Made by a program: the position numbers and the translations under genes | Part shown: in pieces, positions 35,966 to 44,774 of the stretch | Position numbering within the stretch: position 1 is the stretch's first letter | Layout of the letters: each line of letters starts with the position of its first letter | From: Anaerolineales bacterium | GTDB lineage: Bacteria; Chloroflexota; Anaerolineae; Anaerolineales; UBA11579 | Direction of reading: 5' to 3' | Assembly: GCA_019454165.1 (NCBI GenBank) | Contig: CP075367.1 | Coordinates: forward strand, 579,971-643,970 | Length of the DNA: 64,000 nt | The notes under the pieces: generated by a model | Told to the model about the DNA's origin: nothing | The model's database searches: none | The model's input: only the letters and a program-made list of their open reading frames with translations

Positions 35966-37168
35966 ATGGCGAAGTCAAAGTTTGATCGCAGCAAATCGCA
36001 CTTGAACGTGGGGACGATGGGACACATCGACCACGGCAAGACGACTCTGACTGCGGCGATCACCAAAGTAGCAGCCCTGATGGGCAAGGCTGAGTTCCGC
36101 GGCTACGACCAGATCGACAACGCGCCCGAGGAAAAAGAGCGCGGCATCACCATCAACATCACCCACGTCGAGTACGAGACTGAGAAGCGTCACTACGCCC
36201 ACGTGGATATGCCTGGTCACCGTGACTACATCAAAAACATGATCACCGGTGCGGCCCAGGTGGACGGCGCCATCCTGGTGGTGGCGGCCCCCGACGGCCC
36301 CATGCCCCAGACGCGCGAGCACGTGCTGCTGGCCCGCCAGGTGGAAGTGCCCAGCATCGTCATCTTCCTGAACAAGGTTGACATGATGGACGATCCTGAG
36401 CTGCTGGAACTGGTCGAGCTGGAGCTGCGCGAGCTGCTGAGCAGCTACGAGTTCCCCGGCAACGAGACCCCCATCGTGCGCGGCTCGGCCCTCAAGGCCC
36501 TGGAGAGCACCTCCACCGACCCGAACGCGGAGGAGTATGCTCCCATCCGTGAGCTGCTGCGCGTCATCGATGAGTACATTCCCGAGCCGACCCGCGAGAC
36601 CGACAAGCCCTTCATGATGTCGATTGAAGACGTCTTCTCGATCAAGGGTCGTGGCACCGTGGTGACCGGCCGTATCGACCGTGGCGTCGTCAAGCTGAAC
36701 GACAACGTAGACATTGTGGGTCTGCGTGAGCAGCCCGGCAGCACGGTCGTGACGGGTATTGAAATGTTCCACAAGCAGCTGGATGAGGGCATGGCGGGAG
36801 ACAACGCCGGCCTGTTGCTGCGTGGTGTGGACCGTGAGGGTGTGGAGCGCGGCATGGTGTTGGCCAAGCCGGGCAGCATCAAGCCGCACACCAAGTTCAT
36901 GAGCGAAGTGTATGTGTTGAAGAAGGAAGAAGGCGGACGCCACAAGGCCTTCTTCACCGGGTACAAGCCGCAGTTCTACATCCGCACGCTGGACGTGACG
37001 GGTGAAGTGACCCTGCCGAGCGGGGTTGAGATGGTGATGCCGGGCGACAACGTGAACCTGCAGGTGCAGTTGCAGACGCCGGTGGCGCTGGAGCAAGGCT
37101 CCAAGTTCGCCATTCGTGAAGGCGGCCTGACCGTGGGTGCTGGCGTCATCACCCAGATCTTGGAATAA
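35966..37168 (+). CDS. tuf: Elongation factor Tu
   Basis: [33 protein letters not shown]..., DMPGHRDY and NKVD G-motifs. 400 aa. Confidence 0.97.
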   Translation: MAKSKFDRSKSHLNVGTMGHIDHGKTTLTAAITKVAALMGKAEFRGYDQIDNAPEEKERGITINITHVEYETEKRHYAHVDMPGHRDYIKNMITGAAQVDGAILVVAAPDGPMPQTREHVLLARQVEVPSIVIFLNKVDMMDDPELLELVELELRELLSSYEFPGNETPIVRGSALKALESTSTDPNAEEYAPIRELLRVIDEYIPEPTRETDKPFMMSIEDVFSIKGRGTVVTGRIDRGVVKLNDNVDIVGLREQPGSTVVTGIEMFHKQLDEGMAGDNAGLLLRGVDREGVERGMVLAKPGSIKPHTKFMSEVYVLKKEEGGRHKAFFTGYKPQFYIRTLDVTGEVTLPSGVEMVMPGDNVNLQVQLQTPVALEQGSKFAIREGGLTVGAGVITQILE

Positions 37169-37209
37169 GGAAATAACCAAGTCAATACGACTGGTTTAGG
37201 AGTTTTTAC

Positions 37210-37377
37210 ATGGCTGGTAAGAAAGGCGTGCGTGTAGTTATCACTCTGGAGTGCACTGAGTGCCGTGAGCGCAACTACACCTCTGAGAAGAGTCGCCGTA
37301 ATGATCAAGCGCGGCTGGAAATGAAGAAGTTCTGCCCGCGCTGCAAGGGCCATCGCCTGCACCGCGAAACCAAGTAG
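37210..37377 (+). CDS. rpmG: 50S ribosomal protein L33
   Basis: Not in the ORF track because it is under 60 aa. My translation is [55 protein letters not shown], with two CxxC pairs and the canonical position after tuf. Confidence 0.85.
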   Translation: MAGKKGVRVVITLECTECRERNYTSEKSRRNDQARLEMKKFCPRCKGHRLHRETK

Positions 37378-37381
37378 TTTT

Positions 37382-37411
37382 CCAGGTGCGCGCCGTATGG
37401 CGCGCACCTGG
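37382..37411 (+). other. Perfect 13-bp GC-rich hairpin between rpmG and tRNA-Trp (processing or stability element; no T-run)
   Basis: CCAGGTGCGCGCC-GTAT-GGCGCGCACCTGG. It starts 5 nt after the rpmG stop and ends 3 nt before tRNA-Trp. Confidence 0.5.
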
Positions 37412-37414
37412 CTT

Positions 37415-37487
37415 AGGCGAGTAGCTCAATTGGCAGAGCACCGGTCTCCAAAACCGGGGGTTGCGGGTTCGATTCCTGTCTCGCCTG
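37415..37487 (+). tRNA. tRNA-Trp (anticodon CCA)
   Basis: Acceptor AGGCGAG/CTCGCCT, D stem GCTC/GAGC, anticodon stem CCGGT/ACCGG with loop CTCCAAA, and T loop TTCGATT. Confidence 0.9.
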
Positions 37488-37536
37488 CCTGAAACCAAGC
37501 ACAAACAGCATAGCTGTTTGTATGAAGGAGATTGGC

Positions 37537-37746
37537 ATGACTAACCAAACTCAGGTTCGCCAACCCAACGCCATCCAGCGTTGGTTCCGTGAAACCACTG
37601 CTGAGTTGCGCAAAGTATCCTGGCCCACTCGCCCTGAGGCGTTGGCGCTCACGCGCATCGTGATCATTGTCATGATCATTATGGCCATCATCCTGGGTGG
37701 ACTGGACACGTTGTTCGGTAGCTTTTTCCGCTGGCTGTTGTACTAG
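37537..37746 (+). CDS. secE: Preprotein translocase subunit SecE
   Basis: ATG 37537 follows AAGGAG. Motif WFRETTAELRKVSWPTRPEA, then one TM helix, and the canonical position before nusG. Confidence 0.85.
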   Translation: MTNQTQVRQPNAIQRWFRETTAELRKVSWPTRPEALALTRIVIIVMIIMAIILGGLDTLFGSFFRWLLY

Positions 37747-37770
37747 AGGCCGGCAGTAGGGTAATAAACC

Positions 37771-38658
37771 ATGTCAGAAGAATTTGAGTCGGCGGAAGCC
37801 CCATTGACGCCGCAAGACGGCGAGCCGCAGCCAGAGGAAACGATGGCTGACAGCCAGCCTCCCCAGGCTGAGCCTGAAGCCGCGCCTATAGAGGAAACCC
37901 CCACAGAGGCTGACGCCCCTGCAGAGGAGCCCGCGGTCGTCGAACCAGTGGCTGAAGAGCCTGCTGCCGAAGAGTCTATGGCTGAACAGCCGTCGGCTCA
38001 AGAGCCGGCGCCTGTTCAGGAAGAGAAGCCGCGCCCGCAGAGCACGCGCCGCATGGCTGACGAATTCTCCCGCGATGGCGGCGATGATGTGCCTGACTTC
38101 AGCCAGGTGCCGACGGTCGAAGGCGAGCATGCCGACGGCCGAGCCTGGTATGTGGTGCACTGCTACTCGGGCTACGAAAACAAGGTGCGCCACAACCTGG
38201 AGCAGCGCATCGAATCCATGGGCATGAAGAACCTCATCTTCGATGTAGTTGTGCCCACGGAGGAAGAGATCGAAGTCAAAGAAGGCAAGCGCCGCACCGT
38301 CGAGCGCCGCGTCTTCCCCGGCTACATCTTGGTCAACATGATCCTGTCCGAGGAGTCTTGGTACGTGGTGCGCAACACGCCCGGCGTTACCAGCTTCGTC
38401 GGTCAGGGCAACACCCCGTTGCCCCTGCGCCCTGAAGAGGTCTCTCTGATCGTCAAGCGCATGGAAGCCGAGGCGCCGCGTATCAAGGTCACCTTCAAGC
38501 AGGGTGAGCGCGTGCGCATTGTGGATGGTCCGTTCAACGATTTCCGCGGCACAGTCTCGGAGATCGATATGGAGCGCGCCAAGGTGCGCGTAATGGTCAA
38601 CTTCTTCGGGCGTGAAACTCCGGTGGAGTTGGACTTTTTGCAAGTCGAGAAAGCGTAG
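37771..38658 (+). CDS. nusG: Transcription termination/antitermination factor NusG with ~115-aa acidic Pro/Glu/Ala-rich N-terminal extension
   Basis: NGN domain WYVVHCYSGYENKV and KOW motif GERVRIVDGPFNDFRGTVSEID. The N-terminal low-complexity region reads PEAAPIEETPTEADAPAEEPAVVEPVAEEPAAEE. Confidence 0.9.
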   Translation: MSEEFESAEAPLTPQDGEPQPEETMADSQPPQAEPEAAPIEETPTEADAPAEEPAVVEPVAEEPAAEESMAEQPSAQEPAPVQEEKPRPQSTRRMADEFSRDGGDDVPDFSQVPTVEGEHADGRAWYVVHCYSGYENKVRHNLEQRIESMGMKNLIFDVVVPTEEEIEVKEGKRRTVERRVFPGYILVNMILSEESWYVVRNTPGVTSFVGQGNTPLPLRPEEVSLIVKRMEAEAPRIKVTFKQGERVRIVDGPFNDFRGTVSEIDMERAKVRVMVNFFGRETPVELDFLQVEKA

Positions 38659-38666
38659 CGAATTTT

Positions 38667-38751
38667 GTGGGAGAGGTGCGCTGCCTGCGGCAGCGCGGGC
38701 GAAGCGCCGCCTCCGGCGGATGCTTCGCCTCATTGGCCTCGCTAAGACCAC
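38667..38751 (+). promoter_or_regulatory. Putative L1-binding mRNA leader (23S rRNA L1-stalk mimic) upstream of rplK
   Basis: GUGGGAG ... two GC-rich hairpins ... UAAGACCAC closing helix, immediately before the SD of rplK. It resembles the GGUGGGAG ... AAUACCAC L1-stalk (H76-78) signature as I recall it. A near-identical paralog lies at 39194-39274. Confidence 0.5.
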
Positions 38752-38764
38752 TTAGGAGAAAAGA

Positions 38765-39190
38765 ATGGCAAAGAAACTGAAAGCAGTAGTGACAGTACGC
38801 ATTGAGGCTGGCAAGGCCAGCCCGGCGCCGCCGATCGGTCCGGCTATGGCTGGCCACGGCATCAACCTGATGGGCTTCTGCAAGGAATACAACGCCCGCA
38901 CGGCTAACCGCCCGGGCGACATTATTCCTGCTGAGGTGTCCATCTACACGGATGGTTCGTTCACCTTCATCCTGAAGACCCCGCCGGCCTCGACCCTGTT
39001 GGCCAAGGCTGCAGGCGCCGCCAAGGGCGCCGGTGAGCCCAACCGCCAGAAGGTTGGCGAGGTAACCCGCGCTCAGGTGCGTGAGATCGCTGAGATCAAG
39101 ATGCCTGACCTGAATGCGAACACGATCGAAGCCGCGATGAAGCAAATCGAGGGTACTGCCCGCAACATGGGCATCACCGTCGTTGACTAG
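38765..39190 (+). CDS. rplK: 50S ribosomal protein L11
   Basis: [43 protein letters not shown]. Confidence 0.95.
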   Translation: MAKKLKAVVTVRIEAGKASPAPPIGPAMAGHGINLMGFCKEYNARTANRPGDIIPAEVSIYTDGSFTFILKTPPASTLLAKAAGAAKGAGEPNRQKVGEVTRAQVREIAEIKMPDLNANTIEAAMKQIEGTARNMGITVVD

Positions 39191-39193
39191 TTA

Positions 39194-39274
39194 GTGGGAG
39201 AGGTGCGCCGCCTAAAGGCGGCGCGGGCGAAGCGCCGCCTTCGGCGATGCTTCGCCATACTTCGATAAGACCAC
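39194..39274 (+). promoter_or_regulatory. Second copy of the putative L1-binding leader, upstream of rplA
   Basis: Same architecture as 38667-38751 (GTGGGAGAGGTGCGC ... GCGCGGGCGAAGCGCCGCC ... ATGCTTCGCC ... TAAGACCAC). One stem pair carries a compensatory change: GCGCTGCC/GGCAGCGC versus GCGCCGCC/GGCGGCGC. Confidence 0.5.
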
Positions 39275-39285
39275 GAAGGAGAAAG

Positions 39286-40011
39286 ATGGCTAAAAAAAGC
39301 AAGAAGTACCAGGCAGTAGCCGCTAAGGTGGCTGAGAAGGATTACTCCCCCAAGGAGGCCCTGCAGCTCGCCAAGGAGACTGCCTACACCAAGTTTGACC
39401 CCACGGTTGAGGTGCACATTCGCCTCAATGTGGACCCCCGCAAGGCTGACGAGCAGGTGCGCGATGTTGTCATCCTGCCGCACGGCTTGGGCAAGACCAT
39501 CCGCGTGCTGGTGTTCGCCCAGGGCGAGGCCGCCAAGGCCGCTCGCGATGCCGGCGCCGATGCAGTGGCCGACGACGACGAGACCCTGAAGAAGATCTCC
39601 AACGGCTGGCTGGATTTTGACGTTGCTCTCTCCATGCAGGAGATGATGGGCAACCTCGGTAAGAGCGGTTTGGCGCGTGTGCTCGGCCCGCGTGGCCTCA
39701 TGCCCAACCCCAAGGCTGGCACCGTGGTCGCTTCGCCGGATGATCTGCCGCGTGCCATTCGTGAGGCCAAAGCTGGCCGCGTGGAATTCCGCGTAGACAG
39801 CACCGGCAACCTGCATGTGCCTATCGGCAAGGCTTCCTTTGAGCCTGAGAAGCTGGAAGAGAACTTCAGCGCTCTGCTGGATGCGGTGGTGAAAGCCCGC
39901 CCCTCCGGTGTGAAGGGTGTGTATGTGCGCCGCGTGTCGGTCAACGCCACGATGGGCCCTTCCATCAAGGTGGATACCTACCAGGCCATCAACCCTGGTG
40001 TAGCTGCGTAA
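39286..40011 (+). CDS. rplA: 50S ribosomal protein L1
   Basis: ATG 39286 follows GGAGAAAG. Sequence MAKKSKKYQAVAAKV...FDPTVEVHIRLNVDPRKADEQVRD. The upstream 13 codons of the track ORF were rejected. Confidence 0.95.
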   Translation: MAKKSKKYQAVAAKVAEKDYSPKEALQLAKETAYTKFDPTVEVHIRLNVDPRKADEQVRDVVILPHGLGKTIRVLVFAQGEAAKAARDAGADAVADDDETLKKISNGWLDFDVALSMQEMMGNLGKSGLARVLGPRGLMPNPKAGTVVASPDDLPRAIREAKAGRVEFRVDSTGNLHVPIGKASFEPEKLEENFSALLDAVVKARPSGVKGVYVRRVSVNATMGPSIKVDTYQAINPGVAA

Positions 40012-40150
40012 TCCGGCTGTTGTTTGGCCGTGTAGTACAATTTAGTTAGCTTTCGCTCTACCAAAGACAGCAGGCGTGTGCTCCGCTACGCGGAGCCACT
40101 TAATCCCCTGCCGAGGTAAGGGCTTGACCGTAGTTGTGTTTGACTGCGTA

Positions 40151-40189
40151 AAAGTCTTTGCTTCGATTTCTGGAGCAAAGACTTTTTTG
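40151..40189 (+). promoter_or_regulatory. Terminator-like attenuator hairpin within the rplJ (L10) leader
   Basis: AAAGTCTTTGCT-(11 nt)-AGCAAAGACTTT followed by TTTTT, 15 nt upstream of the rplJ TTG start and inside a ~190-nt structured leader (40012-40204). This is consistent with L10(L12)-mediated attenuation known in other bacteria. Confidence 0.5.
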
Positions 40190-40204
40190 TTTAGGAGGTA
40201 AGTT

Positions 40205-40729
40205 TTGGCGCTTTCAAAGGAAAAGAAGCAAAGCATCTCTGCGCAGTACGAGCAGTGGCTGGGCGATGCGGAAGCTGTGTTCCTGACCGAATACAGCGGC
40301 CTTTCCATGCCCGCTTTCGATGAACTGCGCAAGCGCATCCGCGAAGTCGGTGGCGAATTCCACGTGATCAAGAACACGTTGGGCCGCCGCGCGTTCAAGG
40401 CTGCTGGTTTCGATGTCCCCGAAGCTGACCTGTTGGGCAGCACGGCCATCGGCCTGGCATTCTCGGATGCTCCTGGCGTAGCCAAGGCGCTCTCAGACTT
40501 TGCCAAAGATCAGGAAGCCGTGAAGATCAAATCCGGTTTCCTGGGCAAAGACTATCTGAGCAAGCAAGATGTAAGCCGCCTGGCCACCCTGCCGGCCCTG
40601 CCTGTTGTGCGCAGCCAGTTCCTGGCGCTGCTCAACACGCCCGCCACGCAGTTGGTACGCTTGCTCAATGAGCCTGGTCGCCGTGTGGCCCAGGTCATCA
40701 AGGCCAATGCTGAAAAAGCAACGGCATAA
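40205..40729 (+). CDS. rplJ: 50S ribosomal protein L10
   Basis: TTG start follows AGGAGG. Sequence ALSKEKKQSISAQYEQWLGDAEAVFLTEYSGLSMPAFDELRKRIRE. Confidence 0.9.
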   Translation: MALSKEKKQSISAQYEQWLGDAEAVFLTEYSGLSMPAFDELRKRIREVGGEFHVIKNTLGRRAFKAAGFDVPEADLLGSTAIGLAFSDAPGVAKALSDFAKDQEAVKIKSGFLGKDYLSKQDVSRLATLPALPVVRSQFLALLNTPATQLVRLLNEPGRRVAQVIKANAEKATA

Positions 40730-40768
40730 CAAAACAAACATACTGAATATCTAAGGAGATATTGAAAA

Positions 40769-41146
40769 ATGGCTGATCTTAGCAAACTGGTAGAAGAGTT
40801 GGGCAAGCTGACCGTTGTGGAAGCTGCCGAGTTGGTTTCCAAGCTCGAAGAGGCTTGGGGTGTTTCCGCCGCTGCCCCGGTGGCCGTGGCTGCTGCTCCC
40901 GCTGGCGGTGCTGCTCCCGCAGCCGCTGAGGAGAAGACCGAGTTCGACGTGTTCGTGAAGGATGCTGGCCCGAAGAAGATCGAGGTCATCAAGGTTATCC
41001 GCCAACTCACCAACATGGGCCTGAAGGAAGCCAAGGACATGGCCGAGGCCGGCAACGCCAAGGTTCTCGAAGCTGTTGGCAAGGAAGCCGCCAACGACGC
41101 CAAGTCCAAGCTGGAAGCCGCTGGCGCGGTCGTCGAGCTGAAGTAA
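40769..41146 (+). CDS. rplL: 50S ribosomal protein L7/L12
   Basis: N-terminal dimerisation helix, Ala/Pro hinge, and C-terminal [22 protein letters not shown]...[15 protein letters not shown]. Confidence 0.95.
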   Translation: MADLSKLVEELGKLTVVEAAELVSKLEEAWGVSAAAPVAVAAAPAGGAAPAAAEEKTEFDVFVKDAGPKKIEVIKVIRQLTNMGLKEAKDMAEAGNAKVLEAVGKEAANDAKSKLEAAGAVVELK

Positions 41147-41164
41147 CTCTGGCTCTATTGGAAG

Positions 41165-41197
41165 AAAAAAGCACGGCCGTCAGGCCGTGCTTTTTTG
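41165..41197. terminator. Bidirectional intrinsic terminator
   Basis: AAAAAA-GCACGGCC-GTCA-GGCCGTGC-TTTTTT. It overlaps the stop codon of the convergent minus-strand gene (41180). Confidence 0.75.
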
Positions 41198-41824
41198 TTT
41201 TCCCTGCTCCACCCGCTGGTACACCCAGCGGGTGGAGCTGATCGCCGCGGTCAGCAGGAACAGGCTGAGCAGCGTGCCTTCACGGGCGTAGAAGGGGATC
41301 TTGTAGATCAGCGACAGGCTCACCGACGCCAAAACCGAGATCACATCCACCGCATAGCGGAACTTTGCGAAGGCGATCCCCGTTAACTTACTTAGTTCGT
41401 CACAAGTGTTTTCCACCGGGAAGGTGATCGTCTTGAGATTCAGCACCATGCCGGTTGAAATGCCGCCGATCAGCGTGCCGGCCACCAGCAAACCGAGCCG
41501 TTCGAGGTAGCTGCCTGGCGCAAGGTCGGCGAAGACCTGGTAGGTGAAGAAGTCGATCACGCGGCCCAGGCACAGCAGGGCCAGCACCTGCACGAGATAG
41601 CGGCCGGGGTAACGAAAGCGAGTCAGGCTGGCGTAGGCCAGCGTGAAGGCCAGATTGACCAGGATCGTCACCAGGCCCACGTTCACCTGGAACACGGCGG
41701 CCAGGGCTACATTGGCGGCGTTGAAGCTGCTCACGCCGATGCCGCCTACAATGGTGAGGCTGATGCCCATGCCGGTCAGGCCATAGAACATCAACGAAAG
41801 GAGAAGACGTACGAATCTTTGCAT
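41180..41824 (-). CDS. Polytopic membrane protein (YczE/YitT-like; assignment tentative)
   Basis: MQRFVRLLLSLMFYGLTGMGISLTIVGGIGVSSFNAANVALAAVF..., about 6 hydrophobic helices. Confidence 0.55.
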   Translation of the reverse strand: MQRFVRLLLSLMFYGLTGMGISLTIVGGIGVSSFNAANVALAAVFQVNVGLVTILVNLAFTLAYASLTRFRYPGRYLVQVLALLCLGRVIDFFTYQVFADLAPGSYLERLGLLVAGTLIGGISTGMVLNLKTITFPVENTCDELSKLTGIAFAKFRYAVDVISVLASVSLSLIYKIPFYAREGTLLSLFLLTAAISSTRWVYQRVEQGKQKSTA

Positions 41825-41940
41825 AAGGGTGAAGGGTTGCGCAGTGTCTTTGCGCCGGATGTCACATTTAGTTGCTACTCACCTTTATTAATCTTTGCGT
41901 ACGCTATGATATAGTGAAAATTAATCTTCGGAGAGCAAAT

Positions 41941-42618
41941 ATGGCGGCTCGAATACTGGTAATTGAAGACGACGAGGCCATTTTGGCATTCTTGCGGCGT
42001 GGCCTCGGATATGAAGGCTACGAGGTTGAGACAGCGGATACTGGCCAAAAGGGGCTAGCCTTGGCAGGCGGTAACCGGCCTGACCTGGTGGTGCTGGACT
42101 GGATGCTCCCAGGCATGGATGGCCTGGAAGTATGTAAACGCCTGCGCGCCATGGGCAAGATCCCCATCTTGATGCTGACGGCCAAAGATTCGGTCAACGA
42201 CCGCGTCCAGGGCCTGGATGCCGGGGCTGATGACTACATGGTCAAGCCCTTTAATCTGGATGAGTTGCTGGCCCGCATCCGTGCCCTGTTGCGCCGTACC
42301 CAGACCCCCAAAGAGAAATCCTACAGTTTTGGCGATCTGATTCTGGACACTGGCACCCGCCGCGCCCAGCGCGGCGAGCGCGTGATCGACCTGACCGCCA
42401 AGGAATACGAGCTGCTTGAGCTGTTCATGCGCAACCCGCGCCAGGTGCTGACCCGCGAGCAGATCTACGACAACGTGTGGGGCTACGACTTCGGCGGCGA
42501 AAGCAACATCATCGAAGTCTATGTGCGCTACCTGCGCCAAAAGTTGGAAGTGGGCAAGGAAACCCGCCTGCTGCACACTGTGCGCGGCATGGGCTACGTT
42601 CTGCGTGAAGATGAGTAA
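41941..42618 (+). CDS. OmpR-family response regulator
   Basis: ATG 41941. Receiver [11 protein letters not shown]...[14 protein letters not shown]...LTAKD and winged helix [26 protein letters not shown]...YVRYLRQKL. Confidence 0.9.
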   Translation: MAARILVIEDDEAILAFLRRGLGYEGYEVETADTGQKGLALAGGNRPDLVVLDWMLPGMDGLEVCKRLRAMGKIPILMLTAKDSVNDRVQGLDAGADDYMVKPFNLDELLARIRALLRRTQTPKEKSYSFGDLILDTGTRRAQRGERVIDLTAKEYELLELFMRNPRQVLTREQIYDNVWGYDFGGESNIIEVYVRYLRQKLEVGKETRLLHTVRGMGYVLREDE

Positions 42619-44094
42619 ATGTCTTTACGCGCCCGCCTGACCCTTTACTACACCATCGTATTGGGGGCCGTACTGGTCCTCTTCGGCTTTGCCGTCTATG
42701 GCCTAATCTCGGTCGTACAGCTACGCCAGGTGGATAGCGCCCTGGAGCGCGCCGCCAGAGATTTGCTATTTGTCGCCCGGGTGGATGACCAGGGCGACAT
42801 TATTTTTATCCAGCGGGTAGCGTTCGACTCGAGCGTCATCACCCAGGTGTGGAACACGGACGGGCAGATGGTGGGCGTTACTCAGACCATCGACCCGCAA
42901 AGCCCCTTCATGCAGCCGCTGGATGCGGCTGCGATGGAGAGCGAAGACCGCACGTTCACCAGTGTGGCCGTGGGCGGCATCCCCTACCGCGTGCTCACCG
43001 TGCCGCTCCACTCCAATGGGGAGCGTGTCGGTGTGCTGCAAAGCGGCTCCTCGCTCAGCATCTTCGAGGCCCTGCGCACGGATCTGGTGCGCTACCTGAT
43101 CCTGCTCAGCGGCATCGGCATTCTCATTGCCGGCGGCGTGGGTTTGGTGACCGGGCGCCGGGCGCTGGCGCCGCTGGCTACCGTCACCGACACCGCACTG
43201 CAGATCACGCGTGCCGATGACCTCTCACGCCGCATCCCGCCGCCCTCTGACCCCGAAGATGAAGTCGGCCGCCTGATCACGGCGTTCAACGACACCCTGG
43301 GGCGCCTGGAGAAGCTGTTCCTGACCCAGCGCCGCTTCGTGGCCGATATCGGCCACGAACTGCGCACGCCGCTCACCGTGGTGCGCGGCAACCTGGACCT
43401 GATGCGCCGCATGGGCAGCATGGATGAGGAATCCATGCACAGCATCGAGCAGGAGGTCGTGCGCCTCTCGCGCATGGTGGAAGACCTGCTGGTGCTGGCC
43501 CAGGCTGAATCGGGCAAGCTGCCGATGGACCGCCGCCGTGTGGAACTCGACAGCCTCATGCTGGAGACTCTCCACCAGGTGCGCGTGCTGGCTGGCGAGA
43601 ATGTGAAACTGGAGATCGGCAAGATCGATCAGGTGCTGGTATGCGGCGACCGTGACCGGTTGCGCCAGGTGCTGCTGAACTTGATGGCGAACGCCATCAA
43701 GTACACCAAGCCGGGCGGCGTGGTGACCGTCAGCCTCTCCAAGGATGAGACCGGCACGAAGCTGGCGGTTAAGGATACCGGCCTCGGCATCCCGGCAGAG
43801 GATCTGCCGCATGTGTTCGAGCGCTTTTACCGCGGCGACAAATCGCGTTCACGCAGCAAGGATGGTGCGGGCTTCGGGCTGGGGCTTTCGATCGCGTACT
43901 GGATCGTGCGCAACCACGGCGGCGATATTGAGGTCAAATCGCGCGTCAACCGTGGCAGCACCTTCACGGTGCGCCTGCCGCTGGCTGACGAGAATTGCCC
44001 CGACGCTACGTCTGAGCTGCGGCTCAACACGCCGTTCCCGGCGAAAGAGGCTACGGAGCCGCAGCCCGGCGTTCAGCCTGAGCGCACAAGCTAG
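42619..44094 (+). CDS. Sensor histidine kinase (2 TM, HAMP, HisKA, HATPase_c)
   Basis: H-box FVADIGHELRTPLT, N-box LLNLMANAIKYT, and G-boxes VKDTGLGIP and GFGLGLSIA. The ATG overlaps the regulator stop (TAAATG). Confidence 0.9.
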   Translation: MSLRARLTLYYTIVLGAVLVLFGFAVYGLISVVQLRQVDSALERAARDLLFVARVDDQGDIIFIQRVAFDSSVITQVWNTDGQMVGVTQTIDPQSPFMQPLDAAAMESEDRTFTSVAVGGIPYRVLTVPLHSNGERVGVLQSGSSLSIFEALRTDLVRYLILLSGIGILIAGGVGLVTGRRALAPLATVTDTALQITRADDLSRRIPPPSDPEDEVGRLITAFNDTLGRLEKLFLTQRRFVADIGHELRTPLTVVRGNLDLMRRMGSMDEESMHSIEQEVVRLSRMVEDLLVLAQAESGKLPMDRRRVELDSLMLETLHQVRVLAGENVKLEIGKIDQVLVCGDRDRLRQVLLNLMANAIKYTKPGGVVTVSLSKDETGTKLAVKDTGLGIPAEDLPHVFERFYRGDKSRSRSKDGAGFGLGLSIAYWIVRNHGGDIEVKSRVNRGSTFTVRLPLADENCPDATSELRLNTPFPAKEATEPQPGVQPERTS

Positions 44095-44773
44095 CCCCCC
44101 CGGCGCCCAGCCATTCGGCCAGCACTGGGCTGTGGCTGCGCCCGGCCGCCGCATCGGCGTAAATGTTCTCCCCCCAATATTGATAATCACGTGTTTCCTG
44201 CGCCCAGTCGGCGCGTGGGCGGCTGGCGCCATTGATGCCGCCGTTGTAGCCGGCCATGGCCATGCTGGCATTGTTGTCAAAATGGTTCAGTGAATTGCGC
44301 AAATAGTTGAGGCCGCGCTTGGCGTTGGTGTCCGGCTCGAAGGCATCTTCGCCTTCGGCGAAGTGATAAGGCATCACCTGGAACAATCCCTGCGCTCCAG
44401 CGCGGGAAAGCGCTTGCGGGTCTCCGCAGGATTCGATCTGCATTACGGTTGCGACCAGGTTTGGGTCCAGCTGGTGCTCGGCGGCCCAGCGCAGGATCTG
44501 CGCTTCCCAGCGCAGCACCTGCGGAGTGAACAGCGGCGCCAGCTGCCCGCTGTAGGCAACCGGCGCCTCGGCGGCCTGCGCCGGGGGCTGGCTGGCAGGT
44601 GCACCGCCCTTGCTGAGAAAGAACGAGAAGGGCAGGTTGAGCAAGCCCCAGAACAGCAGCGCACCGAACAGAACGGCGCTGACCGGAGGGAACAGCAAGA
44701 CCGAGAGGCAGCCACTCGCCTGGCCTGCCTCTCGGTCTCGGTACTGCACGGAAGGAGAATTCCGCTGTTGCAC
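44051..44773 (-). CDS. Lytic transglycosylase (SLT domain) protein with N-terminal TM
   Basis: VATVMQIESCGDPQALSRAGAQGLFQVMPYHF (catalytic E-S context) and AGYNGG. Confidence 0.8.
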   Translation of the reverse strand: MQQRNSPSVQYRDREAGQASGCLSVLLFPPVSAVLFGALLFWGLLNLPFSFFLSKGGAPASQPPAQAAEAPVAYSGQLAPLFTPQVLRWEAQILRWAAEHQLDPNLVATVMQIESCGDPQALSRAGAQGLFQVMPYHFAEGEDAFEPDTNAKRGLNYLRNSLNHFDNNASMAMAGYNGGINGASRPRADWAQETRDYQYWGENIYADAAAGRSHSPVLAEWLGAGGASLCAQAERRAAAP

Positions 44774-44774
44774 G

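Noticed and set aside
35975-37180. 401-aa ORF antisense to tuf
   Set aside because: It covers exactly the EF-Tu gene on the opposite strand. It is a stop-poor shadow frame typical of high-GC coding DNA, and its sequence is Arg/Ala/His/Val-rich with no motifs.
38667-39274. Fragmentary 23S rRNA gene (because of rRNA-like GGGAG/GACCAC motifs)
   Set aside because: The elements are only about 80 nt long and are positioned precisely between ribosomal-protein genes just before their SD sequences. This fits regulatory rRNA mimics, not rRNA.
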